A stretch of 64,000 nucleotides of DNA from a virus: the IMG/VR virus record IMGVR_UViG_3300027754_003435. One strand, given 5' to 3'. Shown here piece after piece: positions 46,383 through 56,990 of the stretch. A program made the translations under genes and the position numbers. Within the stretch, counting starts at the first letter, position 1. Every line of letters starts with the position of its first letter. The notes under the pieces are model-generated. The model was given only the letters and a program-made list of their open reading frames with translations, was not told the DNA's origin and did not search any database.

Positions 46383-48821
46383 TTATGCACCAGGGAAAGC
46401 AGCACCTGTTGATTGAATATTAAAGTCAAGAATAATAAATTCTGCTGTTTTAGCCGGCTGTAAGAACAACTGACCGTAAAGAATGTTACGATCTATAATA
46501 TCAGGGGTATTATTACTTTCATCCATGATAACACGGAATGCGTATATACCTTGACGTTGTTGAATTGACTCAAGATACGGTGTCACTATATTCAAGAAAC
46601 GAGTTCTTGTTTGTGAAGTGTTTTGTTCAAACACTAAGTATCTTGTAGAAGAAGCGATAAACTTCTTAGCTGCAATCAACAATCTACGAACATTGATGCG
46701 GTCAAGAGCAGATGGACGACCTTGAAGTGTTTTTTGACCCCATACACATACGCCAGTTGATGGAAATACTGCGATAGGATTAATACGTGCTTCATATAGT
46801 GTATCACGCTCTGATTGTGTTAATCTGGATCTTACTTCAACTACCTCTGTTAAACCGCCACGATTCAAACCTGCGGGCGCAAACCATTCAGCAGACACAC
46901 GGTCATTGAATGCTATTACACCAGGAAGAACTACTGATGGTGGAACCCAGATTGGTTTATTTCTATCAGAATCAAGAATTTTAACCCAAGGATAATATGT
47001 TGCTGCGTAATTAGAATCAAATCCTTCTGTTGCAGAAGTTGCAGTTGAAATATTATCTTCTAATCCGTTTGCATCCATTACATAGAAAGCATCACCACGA
47101 TTTTCACACATATCTTTTGCGTATGTTGTTACTGCAGAGTGAAGTGTATGTAATAAACCAGGTGCTACAACCATGTTAATATCAAATTCATCTGCATTTG
47201 ATATTGCATCAATTGCTTTCTTATATGATGTATAACCGCTTGCAGAAGTATTTGAAACATCAAATCCTTGTGTATTACCGGCTAAAATATGATAACCAAC
47301 TTTCTTTTGAAGATTTGGCTTATGACCGTCGAATCCACCTTGGAACGGTACAATGAACTTACGAGAATCTAACGCTGTATTTGTTGTTAAGTCTATAGAT
47401 GAACTATACGCAGTTGCAGATGATGGGAAACTTGCACCAGGATTTTGTTGAAAATTACCAAGATAAAAATCTACATTCGAACCAGTTGATTGATTTGCTA
47501 CAATTGGTAATGAACGTAAATAGTTAAAATTATCTGTGTTTGCAAAATCAAAATTAAAGCCCCAATATACACGTCTGTTATATGCACTACCAGCAGTTTG
47601 ATCTGTTACATAAGTAGTTGCAGCAGGTTGTGTGAACGCACTTGGTATTGGTGATTTTAAAGCACGGAATCCAAAAGGAACTAAGTTCTCAGAAACACCA
47701 CCATTCTTAACACCTTCAGTAACTTCAACACGAATATATTTTGATTTATTAGAGTAGTCCCCGTTAACAACAACTTTACCCTCATCGGTAACTGTAATAT
47801 ATCTATCACCGATTACTCTACCAATGAATTTTGGAGAATTTGGATCTAAGTTACATTTGAACTGTTCAATAACAGCAGGTCTTAAATCATCATCTTCAAA
47901 AGTGAATGGTGTGGTTGGTAATTTAGATTGATCAACGTGTCTAACAATAACATCAAAGTCACCAAAAAGTGAACCAGCAATTGTTCCAGCAGGACGAATG
48001 TTTGAAATACCAACTTTTACTTCATAGTTTGAATGAATACCATGTGATAATGTGGAGAATTTGAACAAGTCAGTTGCAAAAGAGCCTACTTTTTGTGATG
48101 TAACCCACGGAGTAGATGCTTCAAGATAATCGTTTGTAAAGTCCCATGGAGAACCAGCAGAGCCAGTTTCTATAAGTATAGTTGTAGCACCATCTGCTGC
48201 AATAGAAGCAGACGCCTGCTTTTTGAAGTTCACGTAATTGTAAACTGCATGTGTACCATACGGATTATATCCATAAATATCACCGATATATGCAGTATTT
48301 TCTGGATCAATAGACGCACTAAATGGAAGACCGTTTTCACTTGTAGCGTTTGTAAAAGTTGATGTGTCTGTTGTGAACGTACCAGAAACGTTTAATACAA
48401 AAGAACCACTTTTATTTGATGTAACTAGTGATTTAGCAAACAAAGAAGTTGAGTCTGAATCTGTTACAACAAATGTTGGATGAAGAAACGAAATAAGTTT
48501 TTTACCCCATGAGCCAGTTGCAACAATTGCGATTGGATGTTTCAAAGAGTAACCACCAGAACCCAACACTCTTACGATTGTTGCACTTCCAGCATTATTC
48601 AAATAACTTTTAGCGGTATATGGCAAATACGATTGCTCATACGAACCACCAAATTTTGTTACAAAGTCTGCGTACCCTTCTACCATAGTTGGAACGAAGG
48701 CCGGGCCTTTTAGTGTTGGTCCAACAAGAGCAGCTCCAATTGCACCAATTCCTTGTGGAAGGAATGATTGGTCCATTTCATTGGTAAAAACTCCAGGACT
48801 TACAATTCTTTCGTTAGCCAC
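46383..48821 (-). CDS. Tail sheath protein (T4 gp18-like)
   Basis: SPGVF..E.D, GPTLKGPAF.P, WFAPAGLNRG, WGQKTLQ..SALDRINVRRLL. GTG start at 48821 with GGAG upstream. Confidence 0.96.
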   Translation of the reverse strand: MANERIVSPGVFTNEMDQSFLPQGIGAIGAALVGPTLKGPAFVPTMVEGYADFVTKFGGSYEQSYLPYTAKSYLNNAGSATIVRVLGSGGYSLKHPIAIVATGSWGKKLISFLHPTFVVTDSDSTSLFAKSLVTSNKSGSFVLNVSGTFTTDTSTFTNATSENGLPFSASIDPENTAYIGDIYGYNPYGTHAVYNYVNFKKQASASIAADGATTILIETGSAGSPWDFTNDYLEASTPWVTSQKVGSFATDLFKFSTLSHGIHSNYEVKVGISNIRPAGTIAGSLFGDFDVIVRHVDQSKLPTTPFTFEDDDLRPAVIEQFKCNLDPNSPKFIGRVIGDRYITVTDEGKVVVNGDYSNKSKYIRVEVTEGVKNGGVSENLVPFGFRALKSPIPSAFTQPAATTYVTDQTAGSAYNRRVYWGFNFDFANTDNFNYLRSLPIVANQSTGSNVDFYLGNFQQNPGASFPSSATAYSSSIDLTTNTALDSRKFIVPFQGGFDGHKPNLQKKVGYHILAGNTQGFDVSNTSASGYTSYKKAIDAISNADEFDINMVVAPGLLHTLHSAVTTYAKDMCENRGDAFYVMDANGLEDNISTATSATEGFDSNYAATYYPWVKILDSDRNKPIWVPPSVVLPGVIAFNDRVSAEWFAPAGLNRGGLTEVVEVRSRLTQSERDTLYEARINPIAVFPSTGVCVWGQKTLQGRPSALDRINVRRLLIAAKKFIASSTRYLVFEQNTSQTRTRFLNIVTPYLESIQQRQGIYAFRVIMDESNNTPDIIDRNILYGQLFLQPAKTAEFIILDFNIQSTGAAFPGA

Positions 48822-48885
48822 TAGTATCTCCAAAAAATTAGAAAATTAAATATACAAATTAACCATAACAATGATCATATACTCA

Positions 48886-48893
48886 TATAAATA
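48886..48893 (-). promoter_or_regulatory. Putative late promoter motif TATTTATA
   Basis: In the intergenic region upstream of the sheath gene. Confidence 0.45.
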
Positions 48894-48912
48894 TAGATTA
48901 AAAATCTCTAAA

Positions 48913-49209
48913 CTATTGTGTAGATGGAATAAATTTACCAGAGTCTAAATCAAGAACACCATCGCCATATTTATCATTTAACGATGCTACAAGTTCTTTT
49001 TCTTGTTTCTGTAATGATTCATACTCTTCAAATAACTTCGTACGTAACTCTTGCATATTCTTCAATCTATCATTTAGAAGATACAATTCAATTTCAACTT
49101 GTCCAATTCTTGCAGTTGTTGCCGCATAATTCGATTGGAGTGATTTCACAATTTCAATATCATCTTGTGAAAATTCTTGTTCCATAACATTTTCTTGCTC
49201 GTCTGCCAT
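48913..49209 (-). CDS. Coiled-coil hypothetical protein
   Basis: Heptads, KYGDGVLDLDSGKF; GAGG upstream. Confidence 0.7.
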   Translation of the reverse strand: MADEQENVMEQEFSQDDIEIVKSLQSNYAATTARIGQVEIELYLLNDRLKNMQELRTKLFEEYESLQKQEKELVASLNDKYGDGVLDLDSGKFIPSTQ

Positions 49210-49242
49210 ATAAAACCTCTTAAAAAAATAAAAAATATAACA

Positions 49243-50253
49243 TTAATCTTCCGTTTCAGATGGATAAACACCTGGTGCTTTACTATCTGAAATATCAAAC
49301 ATTCGTTGTTTTTTGAGTTCCCATTCTGATAATAGTTCACTCTTATTCTGATTTATATTACCGAATCCTATTCCGCCTCCGTTTCCATCATATACTGCAT
49401 TTGGGTTCATCATGGAGTTGATGTCACCGAACATTTCAGATACAAAAGATATTCTGTTTGGAGAAACAAGTCTTTTTGTAGTTGATTCTGCAGCAACGTG
49501 CTTTGGTAATAAATATCCGTGAACAGTAAGTTGAAATGTAGCCTTTACAATTCTATCCTGTCCTGTTGCATTAACATCTTCAATTCCAACCGAATCTAAC
49601 ATTGTTGCAAACTTAAAAAAGTTCTTGTCACCGAAAGATTGTCCACCATAATATATAAAATTTTCAATTATAGTATTCAATTGAACTTGATATTCACACC
49701 ATACTATAAAATCATAAGAAACATCCACATAATCAGGCATAGGAGTTGCAAAATACTCATATTGTCTTTTTTTAGAGTATTGTGTACTAAACTTATCATA
49801 AGGCGTCATTGTATTATATTGTTGTTGTAGAATATAAGCAATTTGTTTGGACGATGCTACCTTATTTCTTTTTATAGTTGAATTCAAATTAACACTCGAA
49901 CGTCTGAACGTTATAAGTGGTGCAATTGTTTTTCCTTTTTTATCACGAATGAATCCATCCTTCTGAATTGAAGCCCACTTTTCAGCGTTTGCATAAATAC
50001 TTGGAACTGCTATAAATTCACCATTATCTTCAATTTTTAATTGCATTGTTTTATCAATGAACGATTTTACAGCGAAATCTATATCATATAATGTAACACC
50101 AACATTTCTAACTCTATCTTTATCTCTACGTATCTGAGAGCCACGATCTATACCAAGATCCACTCTCGGTTGTTGTTGTAGATTTTTATCATCTATAAAA
50201 GAATCCCGTGTTCTTCTTAGTGGTGGTTTTCTATATCTGGAAGAGTTTTGCAT
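49243..50253 (-). CDS. Tail terminator / sheath stabiliser (T4 gp15-like)
   Basis: IYANAEKW, PLITFRR, P.YVDVSYDF; follows the neck genes. Confidence 0.6.
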   Translation of the reverse strand: MQNSSRYRKPPLRRTRDSFIDDKNLQQQPRVDLGIDRGSQIRRDKDRVRNVGVTLYDIDFAVKSFIDKTMQLKIEDNGEFIAVPSIYANAEKWASIQKDGFIRDKKGKTIAPLITFRRSSVNLNSTIKRNKVASSKQIAYILQQQYNTMTPYDKFSTQYSKKRQYEYFATPMPDYVDVSYDFIVWCEYQVQLNTIIENFIYYGGQSFGDKNFFKFATMLDSVGIEDVNATGQDRIVKATFQLTVHGYLLPKHVAAESTTKRLVSPNRISFVSEMFGDINSMMNPNAVYDGNGGGIGFGNINQNKSELLSEWELKKQRMFDISDSKAPGVYPSETED

Positions 50254-50777
50254 TATATGTTACTCGGTAAATCATTTGAATCTGTGATTACACCTGGTCT
50301 AAATTCTTCTATATGAATTCTTGAACGTCTTGTTAAGTGAGTGTTGGCAATAATAGAAACATTATGTCCCCATCTTTCCGTTGCAAACGAATAATCTGGA
50401 TTTTTTCCACCAAAGTATTGATTTTCTTGAATTGCATCAATTTCCCACCATTCACCATTATACTCAACTACATCACCAACCTCTACAAATAAATCATAGT
50501 CTTTTAATAGTTCACGAATAAAAGCAAAATCACATACTTGATTATAATCTTGTCCAAATTCACTTCCCTCATACGTCTGAGGTTGACGGTTTATTAAGGC
50601 AGATATTTTCACAGGACTATGATATACCTTTTTATCAGATTCATTGTATATATTAGTTTTTGTATTATCTATTGACAATTTATACAACGCAACTTCCGTA
50701 TCTATAATGTCAACAATAAGTTCCATGTTAAACTTATGAACAAGTCCTGCGTCTCTTTGTCCGTGAAATAATGGCAT
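50253..50777 (-). CDS. Neck / head-closure protein (T4 gp14-like)
   Basis: EVGDVVEYNGEWWEID and position in the neck cluster. Confidence 0.6.
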   Translation of the reverse strand: MPLFHGQRDAGLVHKFNMELIVDIIDTEVALYKLSIDNTKTNIYNESDKKVYHSPVKISALINRQPQTYEGSEFGQDYNQVCDFAFIRELLKDYDLFVEVGDVVEYNGEWWEIDAIQENQYFGGKNPDYSFATERWGHNVSIIANTHLTRRSRIHIEEFRPGVITDSNDLPSNI

Positions 50778-50780
50778 AAA

Positions 50781-51911
50781 TTATCCTATATAAATTGCTA
50801 AAGGTGTGCCATTCAAAGAAACATTCAAGTGTTCTGTTTCTGCTCTTTTTGCTTCTAACAATTTTGAACGTGTCATTGATTCTAAAATAGTTCTTAGTTC
50901 AGTAACAAGAGCTTGTTTTTCTGCTGTTGCAGCAGAAAGTAAATCAGCAGAGTTTAGTGTTGTTTCACCATTTGGAATTGGAATATTACCATACTTACCA
51001 CGAATATATCCTAACATTTCTTTTGCTAGAGCAAGTGTATACGCAAATATCCATCGATGACCAACTGAATTTATACCCACATAGTTCATAAGCGAATACG
51101 GTGCATTTGAAATATCGGATACTTGACCGACTGGATATTTAAGTGGGTTTGACCGTTCTTCTTTTACTATGTATTCAATCCATAAAGTAAAATCTTTAAT
51201 AGGAAGTGGAAATATTCTAAGTTCATTATTTATTAATTCAAATGAGTAAGAAGATTTTCGCATCATATCGTTAAACTCAATCGCTTGAACCCGCAATAAA
51301 TCTGCGTACATAGGCATCAACGTAAAAGAAACACCAGTAGAATAAGCACCAAATCCGAATGTATCCAACATCGCTTGATTACCTAAATATGGATCATAGA
51401 AACGCATGGAAGCAGGTGGTGCATAGTGATGAACTCGTTTTATTTCTATCGAACCAGTTGGTGCTGCAATGTCTCTTATCAACGTATTCAACTTATATTT
51501 CTGCTGATTTGTTTTTACCGCTATTGAAGCAGTATGAAATGTTACATTTCCGTTAGTAAATGTTTCACTACCATACTCAGTTGCTAATTGAATCAACGGT
51601 CCCATATTAGTTGAAATATTTCTATGAGTTAGATTCGATGCAGTAGGTGAACCCATGATACTCAACATATTTTGTTGAATATTATATTGATTAACGTGAT
51701 TTGAATATTCTGCTACTGCTTCTTCAAAACAGGCATAAAAGTTTGCAGACTGTAATTCAATATCAACTAGTGGATAACCAAGTCTTTTAGCACACCAATC
51801 AGAAACGTTATCAGCGTCTGTACGAAAACTTGCCTCAGAATCAAAGTAACCAAAAGGCGTACTACCAGTTGTAAAACTAGATGAACCCGGCCAAATTGGA
51901 ATTTCTGTCAT
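50781..51911 (-). CDS. Neck / head-tail adaptor protein (T4 gp13-like)
   Basis: RLGYPLVDIEL, WIFAYTLALAKEMLGYIRGKY.NIPIP, LN..DL. Confidence 0.8.
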   Translation of the reverse strand: MTEIPIWPGSSSFTTGSTPFGYFDSEASFRTDADNVSDWCAKRLGYPLVDIELQSANFYACFEEAVAEYSNHVNQYNIQQNMLSIMGSPTASNLTHRNISTNMGPLIQLATEYGSETFTNGNVTFHTASIAVKTNQQKYKLNTLIRDIAAPTGSIEIKRVHHYAPPASMRFYDPYLGNQAMLDTFGFGAYSTGVSFTLMPMYADLLRVQAIEFNDMMRKSSYSFELINNELRIFPLPIKDFTLWIEYIVKEERSNPLKYPVGQVSDISNAPYSLMNYVGINSVGHRWIFAYTLALAKEMLGYIRGKYGNIPIPNGETTLNSADLLSAATAEKQALVTELRTILESMTRSKLLEAKRAETEHLNVSLNGTPLAIYIG

Positions 51912-52634
51912 TTACTTCTCGGTTTTTGTATCTTCAAAATATTGTAATATACTGTCAACAATAGGATGGCGATGATTTGTTTTTAATTCATATACCCCCA
52001 ATCCTTCAATTTTATTCTTCATATTATATAAATATGGTAAACCAGAATCTTTCTTTTGTTTTAAGTCAATTTGATTTGCATCACCGGTAAGAATCATCTT
52101 AGAATTAACACCAAGTCTTGATAAAATCATCTCCATTTGTGCTTTAGTTACATTCTGTGATTCATCAACGATTACACATGAATTAACAAACGTTCTACCG
52201 CGAAGAAAACTTATAGGAGCAATTTCTATAACATCTTCTTGCATTAATTTTTCAATCTTTTGTTTACTATATAACATATTCATATTTGCTTGTATCGGAG
52301 ATACCCATGGGTCCATTTTTTCTTTCATATTACCAGGTAAAAACCCAATGTCTTCATTTGAAACAGTAGGTCTTGTTATAATTATTTTTTCAACTTCACG
52401 ATAGAAAAGATATTCCAAAGCTATTTGCGTTGCCAACAAAGTTTTTCCCGAACCTGCTTTTCCCACAAATACAGATATTGTATCGTTTAAAACACTTGAT
52501 TTTATATTTTTCTGTTCTTCATTTAATTTTAATTGAAATTCTATCTTATTCTTTATTACCCGTCTTCCTTTTTTAATGCCAGAAGTATTTACACCAGTAA
52601 TTTCTTCGTTGTGTTCATCATGTGTAGTGGCCAT
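51912..52634 (-). CDS. phoH: PhoH-family ATPase
   Basis: GKAGSGKT, ITRP, GFLPG, LRGRTF, DESQN, SRLG, GD..QID. Start at 52634 after AGGAG. Confidence 0.95.
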   Translation of the reverse strand: MATTHDEHNEEITGVNTSGIKKGRRVIKNKIEFQLKLNEEQKNIKSSVLNDTISVFVGKAGSGKTLLATQIALEYLFYREVEKIIITRPTVSNEDIGFLPGNMKEKMDPWVSPIQANMNMLYSKQKIEKLMQEDVIEIAPISFLRGRTFVNSCVIVDESQNVTKAQMEMILSRLGVNSKMILTGDANQIDLKQKKDSGLPYLYNMKNKIEGLGVYELKTNHRHPIVDSILQYFEDTKTEK

Positions 52635-52642
52635 GCTCACTC

Positions 52643-53242
52643 CTATAATAATTTAGAAAGGGTTTCTCCTAATGCCTTAACATCTTCTTCGATTTTTGAA
52701 AAAACACTATCAAGTTTTTCAGTCTTATGTGTCCATTCAAAACCAACTAACGCTATTAATTCTTTACCTTTGTTGATTGGATATACGACTGCAGATTTTG
52801 AACCCCTCTGTAAAAAAAATGCTTTGGTTATTAAATCATCAATATTATCCACATTTGGATAAACTGCCTTATGATTTACCACATCTTCTATAAACCTGGA
52901 ATATAATGATATAGGTAAGTTTTGGTATTCTTTGAATTCTGTACTTACACCTTCTTCCAACGATTCAAATGAAGTTGAAATTTTAGACATTGATTTACCA
53001 GTTTGATATTTACCACCGTTATGACGTTGAAAAATAAATCCGCGTTGGCATTTATATTCAGTCAATAGTTGGTCAAGTATTGTTTGAATAAGTTTTGAAT
53101 GGGTAATTTCTTGAGTAAGTTTTTTTTGTTTGTACTCACCATATTTGTATTTGAGAAACCACGAAAGTAACACACCTAACAGAGTTGCTGCAGATGATAT
53201 GCCTAATCGTATTATGTCTATATATTCAATATGATTTTCCAT
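52643..53242 (-). CDS. Single-TM protein with GAF-like domain (T4 holin T-like, putative)
   Basis: N-terminal TM, then R.FIFQ.HNG...K.S..FE...GVS...YQNLPISLY; topology like T4 gpt. Confidence 0.45.
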   Translation of the reverse strand: MENHIEYIDIIRLGISSAATLLGVLLSWFLKYKYGEYKQKKLTQEITHSKLIQTILDQLLTEYKCQRGFIFQRHNGGKYQTGKSMSKISTSFESLEEGVSTEFKEYQNLPISLYSRFIEDVVNHKAVYPNVDNIDDLITKAFFLQRGSKSAVVYPINKGKELIALVGFEWTHKTEKLDSVFSKIEEDVKALGETLSKLL

Positions 53243-53265
53243 TTGTAATAAATAGAATTAAGCAT

Positions 53266-53293
53266 AAAAAAAGGTAACGAATTAGCTACCTTT
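53266..53293 (-). terminator. Rho-independent terminator
   Basis: AAAGGTAGC-N6-GTTACCTTT followed by a T-run. Confidence 0.6.
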
Positions 53294-53313
53294 GTAAAAT
53301 TTAATTTCATTAA

Positions 53314-53850
53314 TTACTGTTTTGTAAATATGTTGTCAAGTTCTTTTTCAAAGAAAGCACCGAGGTTTCCAAACTTAATAGAATATAAAATATCTTTTAT
53401 TTTTTCTCGAATATCACTATCCCACCAAATACGCTTTAATCGCATGAATGCAGCAAATAAACCTGGAGCATCCATTGCTACATGAAATCCAATTGAAGTT
53501 ATAATAACAGCGAATACGGAATTAGCTATTTTTTGTTTTTTATCCATCGGAACTTTATCAAAGCCAGGTACACCAACGTTCAACATTCTCATAATATCAT
53601 TTATATAAAATTGATGCAATTTATCTGCACCAGTCCTCAGTAATTCTGCTGCTTTAGTTTTATCGCCAATACCAATTTCTTTTGAAATAAAATCTATACC
53701 GTCAGCAGTAACTCTTGCAACATCAGGTGCTGAAAGTGCAACCGCGGTAACTGTTAATGGATCAAATGAAAATTCCTTAACTAAATTAGAAGACTCCTCG
53801 ACTTTTATTTCATCGAGGAGTTTCTTTAATTTTATGGTATTTTTATTCAT
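53314..53850 (-). CDS. Hypothetical protein with IKLKKLLDE leader
   Basis: ATG at 53850 preferred over the upstream TTG; one hydrophobic segment. Confidence 0.6.
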   Translation of the reverse strand: MNKNTIKLKKLLDEIKVEESSNLVKEFSFDPLTVTAVALSAPDVARVTADGIDFISKEIGIGDKTKAAELLRTGADKLHQFYINDIMRMLNVGVPGFDKVPMDKKQKIANSVFAVIITSIGFHVAMDAPGLFAAFMRLKRIWWDSDIREKIKDILYSIKFGNLGAFFEKELDNIFTKQ

Positions 53851-53862
53851 TTTTGATTGCAA

Positions 53863-55209
53863 TTATTCTGTAATAAATAATAAATTACCGTTCTGCATTT
53901 TAAATTCACCCTTTGGTGAATATGATTCTGCCTTAGGAGCAGCACCACCTGCTTTTTGAAGAAACGGAACAATATTAATTGCAATAGTTGCAATAGTCCA
54001 TACCATCAAACAACTTTTTACTGTTTTTATAAGTGTCTCTGCTGCTAATATAATTGGACCAAGTCCTGGAATAAAGAAAGCAGCAATTGCAGGACCAGAT
54101 GGTGTGATTGCCTTAACAGCAAGTTCTATAAGTTCGGAAAGAATACCACCAATTATTACAAATTTAAAAGCGCCAGGGCCACCTAATAACTTTACGGATT
54201 CGGAATATTTTGGTAACACTTCTTTACCAACAGCAGCAGCAACTGTTTGTGCAATTTTTGCAATAGGAATAAACAATGCCTGTAATATTTTTACTGACCA
54301 TTCAACTACACCTTTTAAGAAAGGATTTTTGATAGCACCTTCAATGTGAGAAAATCCACCACCTTCAGCGATGAATAATCTTCTTTCTGAACTGTTGAAT
54401 AATTCATTAACAACATCAGAATTTGAAAGTAACTTGTTTCTTTCTTTGATTATATTCGCATTCATTTTACGAATAGATTCCATTGTTTTCAAATCTTCTA
54501 AACCACCTTCTGCCTTAGCTGGTTCAACTTTTACGTCTTCGGTGGGTGTTGCATTACCAGCAATCATATCCTTTTCCCATTCCGGAGCACCAAACCATTT
54601 GGTATAGAATGTTTTTGTTATGTAAGTGTTCGTATCTGTCATTTCTTTAACTTCTTTTAAGAAAGCATTTTTATCAGTTATCTTTGCAAGACCTTCTTTT
54701 GCACCGTCTGTGACTTTAGCAGATGCACCTTTTGCCTTATCTGCAAAAGAACCAAATGCCTTGACAAATCCATCTTTACAAGCACTTGCAACTTCTGTTA
54801 CCAAATCTTTGAACTCGCTCCAAACCGCTTTTACTTTTGACCAACCACCGGAAAGTGCTTCTTTTGCTTTGTCACCAAGACCTTTAAGACCATCCCATAT
54901 ATCACCGAAGAAACCTTCAGACAATACTGCATCACCTTCAACTGATTCAACGATAGTCTTTACACTTTTATCAAGTTTCTTAATTGTTGATTCTGTTAAT
55001 GTCTTTGTTTTTGTTTTTGAAAAAAGTATTCTAATAGCATTAGATTCATTTATTGTAAAAACATCACATTTCAATAATGAATTGATTACAGATTCATCTA
55101 ATGCAGTAAATTTAATAGTATTAGCATTGATTTTTTGTGTCATTCTTTTTTCTGAAATAACTTCGTTCATAAGGTATTTCAAAGAATTTGTGTCTTTGAT
55201 GGTTGCCAT
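53863..55209 (-). CDS. Hypothetical protein with amphipathic/TM C-terminal half (possible ejected protein)
   Basis: Several L/I-x-E motifs (LMNE, ISE, LSE), GFFGDIW; GGAG upstream. Confidence 0.65.
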   Translation of the reverse strand: MATIKDTNSLKYLMNEVISEKRMTQKINANTIKFTALDESVINSLLKCDVFTINESNAIRILFSKTKTKTLTESTIKKLDKSVKTIVESVEGDAVLSEGFFGDIWDGLKGLGDKAKEALSGGWSKVKAVWSEFKDLVTEVASACKDGFVKAFGSFADKAKGASAKVTDGAKEGLAKITDKNAFLKEVKEMTDTNTYITKTFYTKWFGAPEWEKDMIAGNATPTEDVKVEPAKAEGGLEDLKTMESIRKMNANIIKERNKLLSNSDVVNELFNSSERRLFIAEGGGFSHIEGAIKNPFLKGVVEWSVKILQALFIPIAKIAQTVAAAVGKEVLPKYSESVKLLGGPGAFKFVIIGGILSELIELAVKAITPSGPAIAAFFIPGLGPIILAAETLIKTVKSCLMVWTIATIAINIVPFLQKAGGAAPKAESYSPKGEFKMQNGNLLFITE

Positions 55210-55254
55210 TATTGCTCCAATATAAAAATATATTTTTTTATTTACATAGTCTAT

Positions 55255-55262
55255 AATAAATA
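55255..55262 (-). promoter_or_regulatory. Putative late promoter variant TATTTATT
   Basis: Right after the MCP terminator, about 45 nt upstream of 55209. Confidence 0.35.
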
Positions 55263-55273
55263 TAACATAAAAT

Positions 55274-55300
55274 AAAAAAGGAGTGATTTCTCACTCCTTT
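55274..55300 (-). terminator. Rho-independent terminator after the major capsid gene
   Basis: AAAGGAGTGA-GAAA-TCACTCCTTT followed by Ts. Confidence 0.85.
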
Positions 55301-55324
55301 AATTTTTCAACTAACTATCTAATA

Positions 55325-56968
55325 CTAGATGTCACCTAAAGACTCGATTTGAATCAAACCGTAGAATTCAGGACGAACTATTTTCTTTGCATAGCGTGTC
55401 AACACGCCTTTTCTTGGTGTGAAGTTAGTTGGATCGTAAACCAATGGTGTCATTACAAGTGGAATATATGGTGCATAAACCGCGCCAGTTTCTAGGAATT
55501 GTGTTCCACGGAAACCAACTAAGATTTGGTTTTCTAACATATATGGGTTCTTGTAAACTGTGATGCGGCCATTTAATTGACCAACTTTTTGTACACCCAT
55601 TGCGAATTTCATACCTTCACCATCAACTGCATAGCCAGGCATAGATTCAAGAATTGTAGCAACTTGTGGAGAACATACTAAGAAGTTTGCACCACCACGT
55701 AATGTTTTCTGATGAATTATGTTTGATACTTTTTGAATCTTTGTACCTAATGTTTGGAACCAAGTTTGTTGGTTGAATGCAGAAGCTGCACCTTGTGCTG
55801 TTGAGTAGTCAGTAAATGTATTCAAATATGCATCATATGCTCGACCGATACGTGCTGACCATTTTTCTGTTGTTTGTGCATTCTTAATCAACATATCAAG
55901 AATTTCTAAGTCAATTTCTTGAGAGATATACTCAGATAACATAGAAGTTAATTCTGCTTCTGCGTCAATTGAGTGATATGCATTCAAATCTTGTGCGAAT
56001 TCAGGTGTCCATACTGCTTTCAACTTACGTGTTTTAGCAACAATGGATTCTGAACGTAATTCTAAGTTGATCTCTGGAACACCTAAGTCTGAACCAGCTG
56101 CATTTTCTTCAAAGTCACCACGAGTTGTTGCTGTAGGTTGCTTTTCGTATGCAATACCAACTGTTGCAGGAGCTGCTGATGCAGAAACAACAAAAGTAAT
56201 TGTTGAATTATTGTTTGCTGTTGTTGTATATTGTGGGAAATAACCTAAGATGGTTGAACCACTAACTTTGAATGCGCGAACTGCTTCAAAATCAGGTGAT
56301 GATAATGATGCAGACTGAACAGTAATTGTCATGATTTTACCAGCTACAAGAGATGCAGAGTAAGCATTAAGAAATTCTGAATCATGTTGGTAAAGAGATG
56401 GTGTTGTTATTGATACAGAGCCAGTAACAAAATAAGATCCAGATGTATTTAATCCAGCCGCTTTATCTGCAAGGATACTTGCTTCATTGATTGAATAACC
56501 AAAGCGACCTGCACCATAAAGACCACCTGATGCATCAGCATCTTTTGCTTCTGCACCTGTCACACCAAATACAGAGTCAGTTTGTGAATCTTTACCTGCA
56601 CCTGTTGTGAAGCCAGGTTGTGCTGTACCGTATTTAAAATCTAAGAAGAATACAAGACCAGATGGTAAGTTCATTGGTTGAACAGAAACAAAATCTTTCG
56701 CAGCAATTTCAGAGAAAATACGGCGAACCAATGGAAGTGCAACACCTGCCCATTCTTCTGCGCCAGCTGCTGTACCTGTACGGTTTGATTCATCAATAAG
56801 TTGTTTTGCTTGGTTTTCTAAAAGAACTGCAATAGAGTTCTTTTCATAGTCATTGTTTAAGTTATCAAGTAAACCAGTCTTTGCCCATTTGTTGACAATT
56901 TGACGGTTTTCATTGATAAGTGCTTTGTGGGGACTCCCAGAAGCGTTTAATAAAGATTTTACACTCAT
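55325..56968 (-). CDS. Major capsid protein (T4 gp23-like)
   Basis: LLENQ, LPLVRR, VQPM..PSGLVF, AKTRKLKA.WT.E.AQDL, EID.EI, YAPYIPL, TRYA. Confidence 0.97.
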   Translation of the reverse strand: MSVKSLLNASGSPHKALINENRQIVNKWAKTGLLDNLNNDYEKNSIAVLLENQAKQLIDESNRTGTAAGAEEWAGVALPLVRRIFSEIAAKDFVSVQPMNLPSGLVFFLDFKYGTAQPGFTTGAGKDSQTDSVFGVTGAEAKDADASGGLYGAGRFGYSINEASILADKAAGLNTSGSYFVTGSVSITTPSLYQHDSEFLNAYSASLVAGKIMTITVQSASLSSPDFEAVRAFKVSGSTILGYFPQYTTTANNNSTITFVVSASAAPATVGIAYEKQPTATTRGDFEENAAGSDLGVPEINLELRSESIVAKTRKLKAVWTPEFAQDLNAYHSIDAEAELTSMLSEYISQEIDLEILDMLIKNAQTTEKWSARIGRAYDAYLNTFTDYSTAQGAASAFNQQTWFQTLGTKIQKVSNIIHQKTLRGGANFLVCSPQVATILESMPGYAVDGEGMKFAMGVQKVGQLNGRITVYKNPYMLENQILVGFRGTQFLETGAVYAPYIPLVMTPLVYDPTNFTPRKGVLTRYAKKIVRPEFYGLIQIESLGDI

Positions 56969-56990
56969 TTTTTCTTTTCCTATAATAAAA

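Noticed and set aside
11046-48893. Plus-strand TATAAATA as functional T4 sigma-55 promoters
   Set aside because: They point away from the genes and no credible plus-strand genes exist; treated instead as coding-strand TATTTATA.
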